Positions 12,161-26,000 of a DNA stretch of 64,000 nt are shown here, piece by piece. Source of the stretch: Dimorphilus gyrociliatus (Eukaryota > Animalia > Annelida); NCBI GenBank assembly GCA_904063045.1, contig CAJFCJ010000004.1:1171713-1235712 (forward strand). Reading direction: 5' to 3'. Numbering within the stretch: the stretch's first letter is position 1; each line of letters begins with the position of its first letter. A program made the position numbers and the translations under genes. Below the pieces are notes generated by a model. It saw nothing but the letters and a program-made list of their open reading frames with translations, did not search any database and had not been told where the DNA came from.

Positions 12161-15100
12161 CTAAGTTTGATACTGCAGCATGGCATTAGTAAAACTGGAA
12201 TGAGCATTATTCATCCGTAAAGCCGTTAAAGATTTGTTATACCAATCCTCTTCGTGCGATTCCTGAAGTAAAAAACGTTTAAGATTAATTATGTTAGTAA
12301 TATTGAAAAATTAACGCTTAATATTTAATTAAGGAGTTTGATAAACTAACAAGCGTCCTAAGCGAGACAATTTCCTTAATTTTCTTTAATTCTGTTTATT
12401 TTTCTCAGCCAGTAAAGTGGCTTTTAAAATAGAATTACTTTGAAAAATGCTAATTCTAATGATTGATCTAGCGTTAAATGAATGACATTAAATAGTGATC
12501 GATTTTTTAAGACGCCGATATGCAGAACGTCTTTCGAAATAATGATAAAAGGCGTTGATTGGCTGTTGTACGGGGGAAATTGAATTATTAGCTGTTTTTG
12601 AATGGGTTTAATTTTTATTATTTGTTACAAGGTTAAACTAGATGAATTTCTTATCTATAACATAATTATATGCTTTTGCATCAACTGTATGACTAAGCTA
12701 TGGGTATTTGTTGAAAAACATAATTAAATAAAGCCATCCTTATACTTTCTCCGCAAGAACGTAAAGTAACTTCCTTGACTTTATTCAGTGAAATAATTTT
12801 TTTTCTGGCAATGCTCTACTATATAGAAAAGACTCTTTTTCCTATTAATTCCTATCTCCTTATACCTATTACTTTGCATGTACTCACCAAGTTGACGTTG
12901 AACTCAGCCGGCATACTAAACTGCTGCATTTGCCTAGCCATAGCCGCACCGGGACTAACGCTAGTCGGTGGCGCAGTCATTGCTGTGGCTGATGCACTAC
13001 AAGCCGCCATTCCAGTTGAAGCCGCCCCAAATTGATAATTCACCTGAGGGTACCTGTTCGTCGCCATTTGAGCCCCGTGGTAAGGGTAGGCAGCACTGGG
13101 CCTATTTGTCGGAGGGTATAAATTCATGTTGCGAGCCATCATACCATTTGCACAAGATGGAATCATAGGGGCAGCAGCAGAGTGTAATTGTTTAGCGAGT
13201 TGCTTCTCTTGTTTTCTATACTTAGCTCTTCGATTTTGGAACCATACCTTTACAGAAGAAAAGAAGAAAATTATGAAGTAAGACGACGAAAGGAAGCATA
13301 TAGGGGAAACTTTTAGCCGCGAGGGCGAAATCAAAAGCGCGTTCGACCCTGAACGCTTCTTGAACAAGTTCAAAGCCGCGTTTGGCGTAACTACGCATCT
13401 GTCAAGTTTTTCTTTGTTGTTCTCTTTTTAAAAGAGTTGTTAATTATGTATATTGTTGTAATTATTTGTTTTGTTTACTATCGTACACAACCGCGATAAT
13501 CCCAAGAGCTAATCTCCGGAGATAATCTTTTGCGGTCTATATATTTTAATACTCTGGGCAATCAATTCTCACCAATTTGTCTTCCGAACAGAACATGTGC
13601 CGTCTGCTACTGCAATCTGTCCCGACATTTTTAGGTGCCACTCCCACTTTTGCTGTCGCAAAATCTCTGCATTGTACAATCGAGCATTATGTACAATGTA
13701 ACTGGGAGGCAGCATGCTAGTTACATGGAGAAGGCGGAGTAAGATGGAACTTAATTAACTTTTCTAAGACTGTTTCAAATAATATTTGATGTTGCCGACC
13801 AGAAACTTTAAGATCTAGTTAACAGTTGTATTTAATGTAATAATTGCTGAGAACTAAAATTTATATGCAATGAGAAGAAATAAAGGTTAAATTCTACTAA
13901 ATTATTTATATAGAATTTGTCAGTTAAAGTATAAAAAAAACAGACAAAATTACATAGATAATCACTTGTTAAATAAAATTTCCTATCGTTTTAACCCTTT
14001 AATTGTTTTATTTATTTACTATACAACTTAATAATAAAATATTGAAAGGGTAAAAAATCTCATCTGAACTTCTGTAGACGACGATCTTTTTAAGATCTAA
14101 ACTAATAAAATGGTAAGAGTTTGAAATGTTTTTTAAATGAAACATCATTATAAATAATTAAAAGAGTGTTTTTTATTAATTAATTGAATATTAATTATAT
14201 TTAATATATATTAAAGAATTGTCCATATATATTTATATATATACACTGTATGCTTTGTTTTTGTTGTTGCTAATGTTGAAACATTAAATTATCTTTCTCT
14301 ATACATTCGTTAAAAAGTGTTGCAGGTGCGCGCTTCTTCTATTGCTGCTTAATTATCAATACACTTTTAACGAAGCGAGTACCATCGTCAACCTTTGACC
14401 TTGACCCAATACGACTCGGATATCGATATGCGGACATGGCTTGCCGGATTATATTACGCCGGCAAAAATAGCCTCATTGCGCCGTTAATATATTGAGTTA
14501 GGGCGGCTTTGCGAGTATAGGGCGCGATTTTTTTCTATTTTCACTCTCTTGATATATATGAAGAACGTCTGTTTATCTTTTTTCCTTTTTTATTTACAAA
14601 CAAATATATTAGTTCAAGCTTGTTAATCCTACACGTGTTAGTCGCGTGTACATTCCGTGTAAATTAGGCGATTATTAACGCTTTCTTCAAAGTACAAAAG
14701 AACACACAAACACGCGTGCGCTCACACATACAAACAAGCTCAAATATATATTTTTATATACTGTATATACATACTTAAATACTTTCATTCAGCGGACAAA
14801 CAAATTTGATTTTTTGATAGTTTTATAATATAGATTGTAAATATCTATAATGAACTTATATTGATAAATGACACATTTATATCAACCTATTTTGCGAATT
14901 TATTTACAAAGTACACATAATCTAGTGAAGTAATTTAAAACACTACTTTATTCCTTATAGAGTATAATTTATTCTCTTAATGAATTGTTTAGTATGATGA
15001 ATAAATTAACCTATTTTTAATCTTTTTATTGTTATTTCTTTATAAACTTAGGCCTGATTTACTTATTTGTTAATATAAATGGACTAAAATACAGCCTATA

Positions 15101-18100
15101 TGTGTCTATACATCTCGATATTCTTTATATAGATATAAAATATCTACACATTTTCAATATAATTTGCACTTTTTATTGTCTACATAATTTAAATATGTTT
15201 ATACTGCTACCCTTGTTTGTACAAAGAGGGATCTGATTATACTGTAAGCTTTTAAGACAAGTAATATAAAATAAATGTTTATGAGCTCACGTACATTCAT
15301 ATTTATATATATAGATATCCTTATAAGAGTAAAAAAAGTCTGGAAAATAATCTGTTAAAAATGCATGGCGTGGCAAAAAGAACGCTCTTGCTAATTCGCG
15401 CCGCTTCGTTGTGCAAATTGAATTTGGCGCGAGGCCCCTAAAGCACTTAGTTTGCCAGTCTTCGACCAGAACCGAGTATTTACGTAATTTTTAAACAAAT
15501 AGTCCGACCATTTTTTTTCCTGGTTTGTCTTTAAAAAATTTTGATGTTTAATACAATTATTAAATCTTGATAGAAATATGTTAAATGAAGATTAAAAGTA
15601 GCTATCTAGTCTGAATAATTATTGTACTTGATATAAAAGATATCTATATATATATATATATGTACTCTTTATATCTTTTCCTCCTGTCGTATATTTAATC
15701 TGGTAGTTATTCATCTGTACACTGTTGAAGTACTTGAAGCTACTTTGATCGTTGCATGGTTTTCCGGATTATCCCCTCAATGTATAATTATTGTTGATAT
15801 TGTGTGCGAAACGATTGTTATAGATTGACTTTAAGTAACAATATAGTGTTATTTGTTTGTTAAACAATGTTTAAATTTTGATTGTTAATAGTTTAAATAA
15901 AGAAATTGAAATAAAAGAAATTAAGGAGATAATATAAATTAGAATTCTTCTTTTAATGGATTCTTCTTCTTGATTTGGAGACAAAGAAGTCTCTTTTTTA
16001 TATAAAGTATTGCCATTTTCCTTTAAAATATCCAGTATTTTATTAAATAAATCGTATACAAAGTTCTTTTCGTTCCTTTTGGGTGTAAAATATTGAAGGC
16101 AAAATATTAGATTGACCCTGTTAATGGATATGCATCAGATACATAAACTATATATACTTCTGTTCTTTATAAGGTGTTGACATCATTATGAGCCCCTTTC
16201 CTTAAACTGCGTACACCTATCAAACTGAATTTATTAACATTGTTACGTGGTTATAGACGGTTAAAAAACGCAATTAATTTAGCTCCTTTATGAAATTACG
16301 TGGTTTTTCGCATTATCTACAGTCGATTAATATTCATCGATGCTACATTGTCGCCGATTTTTTTCTCTCCACCACGTTGCCGTAAGAGAATACGATGCGC
16401 CAGATGCGACGTTTCGCTACATGATAAAAGTGTAGGGGAGAGACGCCCCGCTCGAAAAATATAGCGGCAGATTTGAGCCGTGGGTAGCTCAATTAGTGTT
16501 TGGTAATGGACGGGTTTTTTTACTTGCTTATGTATACATTTATAGACTGTCTAAAATCATTTCTGGTACGAAAGTGAATGTACTTAATAAACGTAAAATA
16601 AAACTATAGAAAACATTTGAATAGAGAATTAATATGAACATATATAATATATATGTTTTTCATTTATATCTTATTGAATTCAATATTCTCTGACTGATTT
16701 CTTTATCTTTAAATGATTAGGTGATGTGACATTTTATGGGGAGATTTTTCATTAAACCCTTTAAAATTTTCATCAAGAATGCTTGCAATATCAAATTTGA
16801 GGACAATTATAACTCTATCTTTTTTAAAATTGCTTAATTTGGCATATATTGTATGGAGTTACATTGTATATCACGCATCTTTCATATATAGAACACGACA
16901 GGTATTATTTTATCTTTTATAATTTTGCTAGAATGGTAGAAGCAAAAAAGCAACAAGCGTAATTTTCCCCCTTCTCCCCCTTGTTTTGTCGTGATTGAAA
17001 AACAAGATACGCTTAAGCGCTTTTTACATCAAAGGCGTTCAGAACTTGTTCAGAGATTAATTTTCAAAGTATTTTAGGAACTAACCTGAATACGAGCTTC
17101 GTTCAATTTTGTAATTCTTGCCAATTCCTCCCGACAATAAATATCTGGATAGTGACTTTTCGAAAAGGCCGACTCAAGTTCTTGGAGTTGTTCCTGAGTG
17201 AACGTAGTTCGATGACGTCGCCTTGCCGGAGTAGGACAGGTAGCCGGGTTATGTCCACCACTGCTTCCTGTCTGGTTAGACGGTAGAGAATCTGTTGGTT
17301 TTAGCTTTTTGAATGCCCCGTCTCCGCCTGTTGTACAAACAAAAAAAAATATCTTTAATAGAGAGTAATTTATTTTCCAAATTTAGACAATCCCTTTCTT
17401 TAAAAATAATCGTTTTTATTTGTACAATGTCGACCTCATTTTGCATTAAGATATTCGTTTTTTTTTCTCAAATGCATTTTGTCACTCAGGCGGTGTTTGT
17501 TTCCAGCTGCTTCTTTTTTCTTTATTTGATATTCACTTACTTCAATTTTTTTTCACTTCGCTCCCGTCGATTCCCGTCTCAAAGATTAAAAGTAAATTGA
17601 GGAAAATAGTTTTCCTTCAGCTATACTATTATATATAAATCCCCTATAATGCGACTTTTCTGTAGAATCCACATATAAGGCCTGCTAAAGGCCAAGACCT
17701 GCCTGGAATGACAAACACTGGCCCCCGGAGGCCTTTGGGCGTTCGTTTAGAGAATTTAGCTAAGCTTCTCATCAGAGAATGTTAATGATCATCTTGATTA
17801 CATTCATCCGAATTTACTCGCTTAACGCAAATTCAATTTATTATACAGTCTACGGATACGTCTTGGTCATTTTCTATTATTATTGCCTACTTTCGGCAAT
17901 CTCTTTGATCTTTGACTAATTTCGTATTTCAAGTCCAAACAAAAATTTTTAAGGATACGAAATATATACTAGACGCATATGTATTATATATACAAGAGAA
18001 ACTAACTGGATCTAGCGTGACCTAATTTGCGTCGTCATGGAGACGAAATTCCTACGCACGCTCGGAAACTTCCGCAATATACTGTTTTCCACGTTAGAAA

Positions 18101-19158
18101 AAATATAGGCTTACAAATTTGTTAGCGTGAAAAATTATTTTAATCATAGAATAAATAAATATTGGTAATTTTAGAATAAGTTAAAGGGTTCTAACATTCA
18201 TAATCTTTATTATATATAGAATATGAGAATGTTACTGCAAAAGAAATGAATAGAAAACTGCAAAATTTACAATTTTGGGTTGATTGTTATTTTTATTATT
18301 ATTATATAATTGAAATTCACTTATAAATTTAAAGGATTGTGCTAATCTAACTTATAAAAACTCGTTCTTTATTAGCTTCTGTTTCCTATAATAAAGTCTT
18401 ACTGAAGGGAGACGCCTAGCAGAAATAGAAACTCTCCCTAGGATTTGTTTAAAAATCAGAGCTACATATAACTTAGGTGATTTAAGAGAAAAAGAAATCA
18501 TATGTAAAGTAAAAATACCATTTAATTCCGTCAAACTTCTAGCAACTGCACTGACGGCATTTGAAGGCAAAGCGTGTTCCAAGTAAGCGGAAGAAGGAAG
18601 TGTAGAAGCGAAGGACGAAATATCCTCCACTTTCCTCTTTTCACCGTTTGGAGAATCCGACACATTCTTAGATTCCATTCTTCCTTAAGTTAGAAGTTTT
18701 TTATTTTCACAACTAAATCGGTTGACGAGTCGGCGAAAATTGATAAAACTCAACTGTCACGAGCTGTAGAGTAATGAAATTGTAGGAAAACGGCTTTATT
18801 TTCCATCGGCGCCCCTGCAGCCAATCAGCAGTTTCCCTTATGTTGATTAGAATATGATCAGCATAGACTCCACCCACAACGCGTTCTTTCCCTTTTTTAT
18901 TGATTAATTTTGATGATTTTTCACAGAAATCTCTAATAATTAACAATAAAAGATTTCTTCAAGTCTCTTCAATGAAACTGAACATGTTATGAATAGAAAG
19001 AAAGCCAAAAAACTGGCAGACATTTTGCAAAAGTGTTCATCCACGTCAATCATAATTTTTTTTCCTTCTTTCATGTTGGCATACTTGTAGGCAGATTGCT
19101 GCAAATCGAGAGGAGGAAAAATGGATGACCAAGAATATAGGCCTAATTCTTGGAGCAT
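12161..19158 (-). CDS. Prop: Prop-family (PROP1 / Drosophila CG32532-like) paired-class Q50 homeobox transcription factor
   Basis: Exons 19158-19085 (putative first), 18679-18519, 17327-17086, 13247-12888, 12262-12161 (TAG); 939 nt = 312 aa (287 aa if the ATG at 18678 is used). Homeodomain [46 protein letters not shown]|[17 protein letters not shown] with the typical PRD-class phase-0 intron between codons 46/47; C-terminus [14 protein letters not shown]...LQYQT* matches the tail I recall from protostome Prop proteins. The last four exons are firm; the first is less certain. Confidence 0.93.
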
Positions 19159-19164
19159 TGTCGA

Positions 19165-19240
19165 ATGACGGTACCGGAAGTGACGCTCGAGGCGAGGCCG
19201 TCTCTCGTCGACCGGAAATGATTGTTTGATTGGCAACACG
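19165..19240 (-). promoter_or_regulatory. Putative Prop proximal promoter (2 Ets sites + CCAAT box)
   Basis: ACCGGAAGTG 19173-19182, ACCGGAAATG 19211-19220 and ATTGG 19229-19233 immediately upstream of the ATG at 19158. Confidence 0.5.
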
Positions 19241-19779
19241 AGAATTGTCTCTTTGTCACTACTTTGTCGTCTTTTATGTTAGGATTTTAGCGATTTTTTT
19301 CAGCCTTACTCCCGCCTCTAATTGGATTTTGTTTCGCGCCTAAGTTCCGTATCGATTTTGTTTGTTTTAAAGAAGATCCTTCTTGAAAAATGTATGTAAA
19401 AAAATTCTCGTAGAGAAATCTTATTTGACACATTTTGGCCATGATTAATGAAAACTAATTGAAATAAATCAATTTACGACGATTGGTTATTAGGAAGTCT
19501 AATTAAGGAGTTAATTTCAAATGCTGAAAATATGGCCTTGTCATAAGCTTTTGATTGTTTATAATGTATAAAATAATCGTGCAGAATCGAATATTTTACT
19601 ACACATGTTATAAATTAATTTAGACATACTTAACCTAAAAGTTCAAACTAATTCATTTCTTTATTAAACCTTTTCCAATCCCAAGTATGACCCATGATTT
19701 TCTGTGCAACGCATATCATATCTTTAAGCTTTTGTGTATAAACATTTCAATATAAATGTTTCCAACAGTATTAAAATCA

Positions 19780-20035
19780 AAGACAATCACGTGACCCGGA
19801 AAAGAGCTTTTACAAGGATTAAACACTGTTATACAAGCGACACGTGTAATTAGAGATAAAGAAAATGAACCATATATTACGGACAGTCGGCTATTTAAGA
19901 GGATTATCAGGAGTACGAGATGACGTCATATGACAGGCGACAGTCACGAATTGAACATCTATGCTAACACCTGTCCAACTCACGCCTGCTTACATCTTCA
20001 TCATTTAATTACAAGCTAATTACAGGTGACGCTTT
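19780..20035. promoter_or_regulatory. Putative enhancer upstream of Prop
   Basis: Dense motif cluster: CACGTG 19788 and 19841, TGACGTCA (CRE) 19921, TGACAG 19931, CACCTG/CAGGTG E-boxes, several TAATTA; GC-richer than flanks and non-coding. Confidence 0.4.
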
Positions 20036-23000
20036 CTACCTCTCTTCATCCGCTTTTCCAGTCAGTCTACTATTTTCTTCTTTTATCTTTTTGGGAGGTA
20101 GTCTCGACTTTCTGTTAGTTTTTTATTAAATTTCCATTATATATATATATATATATATTCCTACTTTGCGAGACCTTTGTAGATGTTACAACTCTGAAAT
20201 ACTTGTGGTCAAATGTCCCGATAAATAAGGAAGTGTTTCTTTTTTGACCCTAATATCAACATCTGTCAACAAATAGAACCTATGCAAAAGGTTCCGTATA
20301 TAAAAATTATTAAGTAAAAATACTTGTAATAAGGTCGTAAATCGAAATAGTACTTGCCAAAAAATAAATTGACTTATTCGATGAAAAAAATGATCATCTG
20401 GTGCTTTTTATGTCGTACTTGAAAAGGAAATTTTCAGCTAATTAAACGACTTTATAATCATCTATTTCTAGTAAATACAGGGAAAATAAGTAATTTTCTT
20501 CTTATATACAAAAGATCAGGGCACAGTTGGAAAAAGTGGTTAATTTCATAAAATAAGTATTTTCCTCATGTAGTTTACTAATCGTTTAATTTGCTGGTTA
20601 CAGGAAATTTCCTATTATTAATTATATAAAATTAATTTAGATTAAACTTGAAACTTTAAAGGTTTTTTTTTATTATGCTTAAGCTAAATTCAGAATTAAA
20701 TAGAAAATTAGTTGAATAACAGTGAGTAACACGGTTAAAAATCCGCGAAATAGGATATAAAACAGCAAATTTTCTCGCTTTAACATGTTGGGTTTTGTAA
20801 TACCCGTGTGTCTAGGTTATAACATGTGTATACAGAGATTATTACTAATCTATAGAAACGTCTATTCAAAATTAAATATCTAATCCATTCTTTTTTCTTA
20901 TATAACGCAATACATATGTAAATAAGCGTTATAAAATTATACTTTCCGTCTACATTGTGCTTTCCGTAAAAGAATTGTCTTTACAAAGAAAAATAAAGCG
21001 ATATATAAAGATATATCTAAATTCGTTCATCATGTTATTTGTATCAGTTGTCAACATCTTTCTAAATGCATGTAAAAATAAATAGCTATTTATATTATCC
21101 TTAGAATACGTTGTATACTACATAACCAATTCATTAACTATATACACACATATAAACATGCATATACGCTTTTGTAGATGATGTGTCTTGCATATTAAAT
21201 GGGTGGTATCACATATTTTCCATACAAATCTACATATATATGTATATATAAGTATAAATATAGTAGGAGAGAGAGAAAGAGCGAGTGAAGGAAAGAGAGA
21301 AGAGTATATATGTTTTTTTTATTAAAATCCGTATAAGTGAAATAGTCCACAAGGTATCAGAAAAAATGCATCATAATCTGCATATCATTCTAAACGAATG
21401 CGAGGCGGGTCGCTTGAGAAAATAGCGATATAAATTCGTTACGGAATATCGATAAACACATTGTTAGCTAGTAATTTTGCCAATTTGTCCATTTTACGCG
21501 CCTTTATTCGCTAATCGACACTGCGATATTCGATTATTCGCCGACCTTTAACTGTCAGGTGTGTACTGAAAGGTCAGAGATTTTTCAGAAATTTCTTAAT
21601 TTGAAAATGTGCCCCATATTCTGGAAATATTTAAATGATAGCGCTATCTGGTGTCTAAATTGACAAGTGCCCATGTTTAAATCATTCAACAATTATAATT
21701 TATCGGAAAACCGTTTAGAAGTATATTTTCAACCATTTATCTTTAAATTCCATTCAGTCTTATCCACTATCATTACGCAAATGAACAAAAGACAAAATGA
21801 TACCTACAGAAGCAATATTCTATAAAGTGACATCTATTGTCAATTCGAGAAAAATTCGACGTTTGTAAGAAAACAAGCTTAAATCATAAAAGTCGTTAAG
21901 ATAGATTTTCTTAAAACAGAGTTTAATAACAGAAAACAATAAAGAAATATTTAAATATAATTTAAAATAAAACACTGACAAGTTACATTTATGAATAATG
22001 AGGAAAATTTCATTTAATAGTTTTTACAAATATTCTAGTTTTGTTATTAAAGCGTTTAACATATTTTTAATAGATTTTTACATTAAATATCAAGCGAATT
22101 CTAATGAAAATGAAGAAGAAGATATAAATATTTATATTTGGCTAAATATTGATTTATTTGGCAGAGAAAACAGAGAGTTTTTCGAGCTGTTTATAGTTTG
22201 GAAAATCAACTTTGCTGATTTATATGGTTGTCTACACAATATAGCATATTCATTGGAATTTGTATAACTACTAGTTTATTCTCTAATCTATCTTGATAAA
22301 GAATTTTATAAACTGAATATTCTTTATTTAAACGACAAGCTTAATAAATTCCTTAATATATACAATTGGTATGGTCAAAAGTAAAAAGAATAAAACTCTA
22401 GTGTGGAATACATTTAATATTTAAAATTCTGTTTATCTAATCTATAATTGAAGATTTTATCTATATATACAGTATATATATACAGTAAATTTACTATCAA
22501 TATCTTGGAACAATGCTGAAAGGCAGTTTTTCCAGTCCTCTTCCCAAGTGATTTTTATGAATATTTGCTTTAAACGTTATTGTCTTGTGCTAAAACTAAA
22601 AATATAGAACGTCACAGCATCCAAAAATATATTTTAGTGTTTGCCTCTTAAATATTTAATTTTCCTTTTGGAATGTTTTGCGAAAATACGTAGAGAGTTG
22701 GCGCAAATTATTTAAAATGCTAGATTCCATGTCTGTTAATCATTGTCACTAATTTAATACCGAGTAGTAATTTATATAAGTAAGAAGATTTGAAAATTAA
22801 ATATCAAAGACAATACTTTCTCAAGACCCGTATGAAAAGTATACTTCAATTTGTACTCGAGAAGATTAAAGGGAGTTGACAAACCGGACGTCTTTAAAAG
22901 TTAAAAAAGGAAATTTTTCGTCCGCGATATGACGTCGCTGATCACTAGACTGTTACTATTAAATAGTGCACTTTCTAAATAATATTTGTTTTGGAGAATT

Positions 23001-26000
23001 TAAGCCTTTTAACAAAGATAATTTTTTTAGACTTCTCCTAATGACGACATTCCTATTGTTGGGATGGAGTTAATGAATGTCTTTAGGATAATAGGATAAA
23101 CAAAATACTTTTTGCGCTTATATCTTAATAAACATTATCACAGAAAGCAATCAGTTTGTATGGTAACAGGATTATTTGTCGATTGGTCAAAGTTCGCAAT
23201 CTTTAGAAGAAAATTTGTTTTGTGCAGATTAAATAGAACGGCTACAACGATTAGACGGAAGTGTATATATAAGAGAAGAGGAATTCTATCACACTTAGGA
23301 AGATGTTATCAAGCGAGTAAAAGGAACTAGATAGATCGAATTTATCAAGGTGGATATAGGAGTGATAAATTTTTATATAGATTGTATACGGTTTATTTAT
23401 TTTCTTATTCACTTTTTTTTACTTTTATCTAATTTCTATTATAACTATATTTTTAAAAGGAATAAAGAAAACCCAATCAGTATAATAGAAACAAATAGTT
23501 TGCAAAGGGAAAAAATATCAAAAAGTCTCTCTTTTCAACGAGTTTTCAAGTATTTTCTTTGAGGGGGCTTAAGGTATTTAGGCTTTTAATGTCTTCGCTC
23601 AGTTAATATATACTATATATATTCAAATTTATGCTATAGATACATATATATTATTGAGAATATACTTGTAAGTTCTTTTTACTTTGGTAAAGAAGCTAAA
23701 AAAGTATGGAATTTTGGACAAGAACGAAATCGGTTCCTATAAATTCCGACACGGATTAATAAAATATAGAAGAGAGTTTGTTAGGCTACGATTGAAAAGC
23801 AAACGAGCGTTCCAAAGATAAGTGAGGCGAATAGCAATAGCCATGAGCGATAATGAGCGAAGAGGCTGACATTTTCGCGCTTCACCGACCCGTTCGTCGC
23901 CGGAATCAAACGGACAATTTGTAGCCTTTAGGAAGAAGGAGAATGCAATTGCAGCCGCCTATTTGCACTTGAATTGGGCAATTTGTAAACGTCTATACGG
24001 ACTTTATGAGCAATTTTCCACTAAGCAAATGGCGTTAGAGGCGGCGGTAAGTGGATAAAGAAGGGCGTGGCTTAGCTCTTTTCTTCCAACAGCGCCCACT
24101 ATCGGTCGCTTAGAGGTAGCGGACGTATTAATTTTCGTCCATTGTCCCGTTGGTTATTGGTTAATGGGAGCGCAGTGGTGGGCAGTAATGGAATATGCCC
24201 GTCGGGCAATTAACTCTATATGTATTTAATATAAGGCAGTAGGGAATACATACAATCTATATTTTTTCTCTTTCTCCTAATAAATTCTAAATAGAGTACG
24301 AAAATAACTTTAAACTTATGCCTAATTGCTTAATTGTTGGATAATAGAGAAAGAAAAAAAGGAAATTCAAATGGGAAAAGACATTGCCAAGAGCGTTTAA
24401 GCGTGCGACAAGTAAAAGAAGAATATACTGCAAACGGAAAACTTGCCACAAAAGAAAGAAAACAGAAATAGGGATTGACCTCATTCGTTGAACATTAGCA
24501 AGTCAGTTGTCAAAAAAGAAAGAAAGAATACTATATTACTCTTTATTTAATACTAAAGGTCGGACTTCATTAATGTATCCTATTCTCTTATCATGTTTTA
24601 AGTAGAATTACACGATTCCTTGCATTCGTCTTTTCGTCAGAATATTCTAAACATGTACATACTTTTTCGTTGTTTGTTATTTTTTTGCCCCTTTTACCTT
24701 TTTCCCTTTTCATAAACATTCATATTCCAGAAAGGAGAAAAGATTACATTATATATTTATTTATTATATATTACTATGAAAAAAAAAAGCTTTTAGTTCA
24801 TCTTCCCTGACAATTTGGAGGAATTTATCGAGCGTCACTGAAGAGAGCTGTCTCTCTCGTCTTTTGCTGAGTATTTCTATTCTCCTAATAACGCGACAGA
24901 TTGACAAACTTACTCGCCTCGTAAATACGGATGGGCAACTATTAAATCTATCATTAGCTAGCAACGGGCGTCATGCTGAGAAGAAGAGTAATTTTTAAAG
25001 AGGTTGTAACCATTAACTCATCTCTTTAATTAGCTGAATAATAATATAATAATTAGATTATTACAAACTTATTATTGAGACATAGAACGCTTTAAAATTA
25101 TCTTTGCTTGCTATAAATTACTAAATTTCCATTATTTGCAAATAATAATTTTCAGTCAGTCTTTCATATTTCCCAAATACAGAGCGCCATCTTTAGGTTC
25201 CAGCTCCTGCTTGTTTAGAATCACAGCTCTGTTTGAAATCCTATAAGAACAACAGAAAAATGAGCAGATGATAGTTATATATTTTTGATATATGATTAAT
25301 AGCTTATAAAGAATTTTGTATTATTTTTATTTCATTGAAAAGTAATAGTAGTTTATTTATTTACAACCGCAAACACGCGCTTATTCATATCCGACCTGTA
25401 AAGTATTTACGTAGCAACACTTTGCAATAGAAATATAATAGGTTTTCCTCTCTTTTACAAACTCTAGTAATGGCATGAGCGAAGAAAAAACTTCGAAATT
25501 ACTCGTTAATAAACAATTTGAAACATGAATTTCATTCCTTCATCGGAAATAGAATAGACGACTCAATTGTTAAAGTATCCATCCGTCGTAAATACACAAC
25601 TTTGATTATTGTATATAAAACGGTCACTAGAGCATCTAGTTTCTTTAACTGATTTTGGCAGATAAATAAGGAAAAGTTCCCCAAAGGAAGAAGTTTAGAT
25701 CTCTCTAACGTCTTTCGATCGTCTTAAATCTCTGGTAATTCTAATAAATTGCTTTAAATCGGATTCTTTTTTGCAGGGAATAGAACACTTGCACACGCTA
25801 TACATACAAATAAATACTAATAATATATAGAGTGCATATTCTCCGTTATCTAATAAATGGAAATGAATGTTTTGCAATAGAGTCGTTAATTCATTTTTAT
25901 CAACGTTTGTCAAACATTTAACTTTTTATCATTATTTTAATAAAATAAATATCACTATAAGACTAATTGATTAGATATAACATTTACTATGTAAATTTTA

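Noticed and set aside
12775-13168. Plus-strand ORFs overlapping the Prop exon (likewise 155-373, 159-362, 29498-29725, 38948-39175, 54767-54976)
   Set aside because: Antisense or alternative-frame shadows of genuine coding exons.
13100-17250. Assigning the homeobox to Phox2, Drgx or Uncx on the basis of [13 protein letters not shown]
   Set aside because: Helix 1-2 residues ([13 protein letters not shown]...[24 protein letters not shown]) and the [14 protein letters not shown] tail fit the Prop family better.
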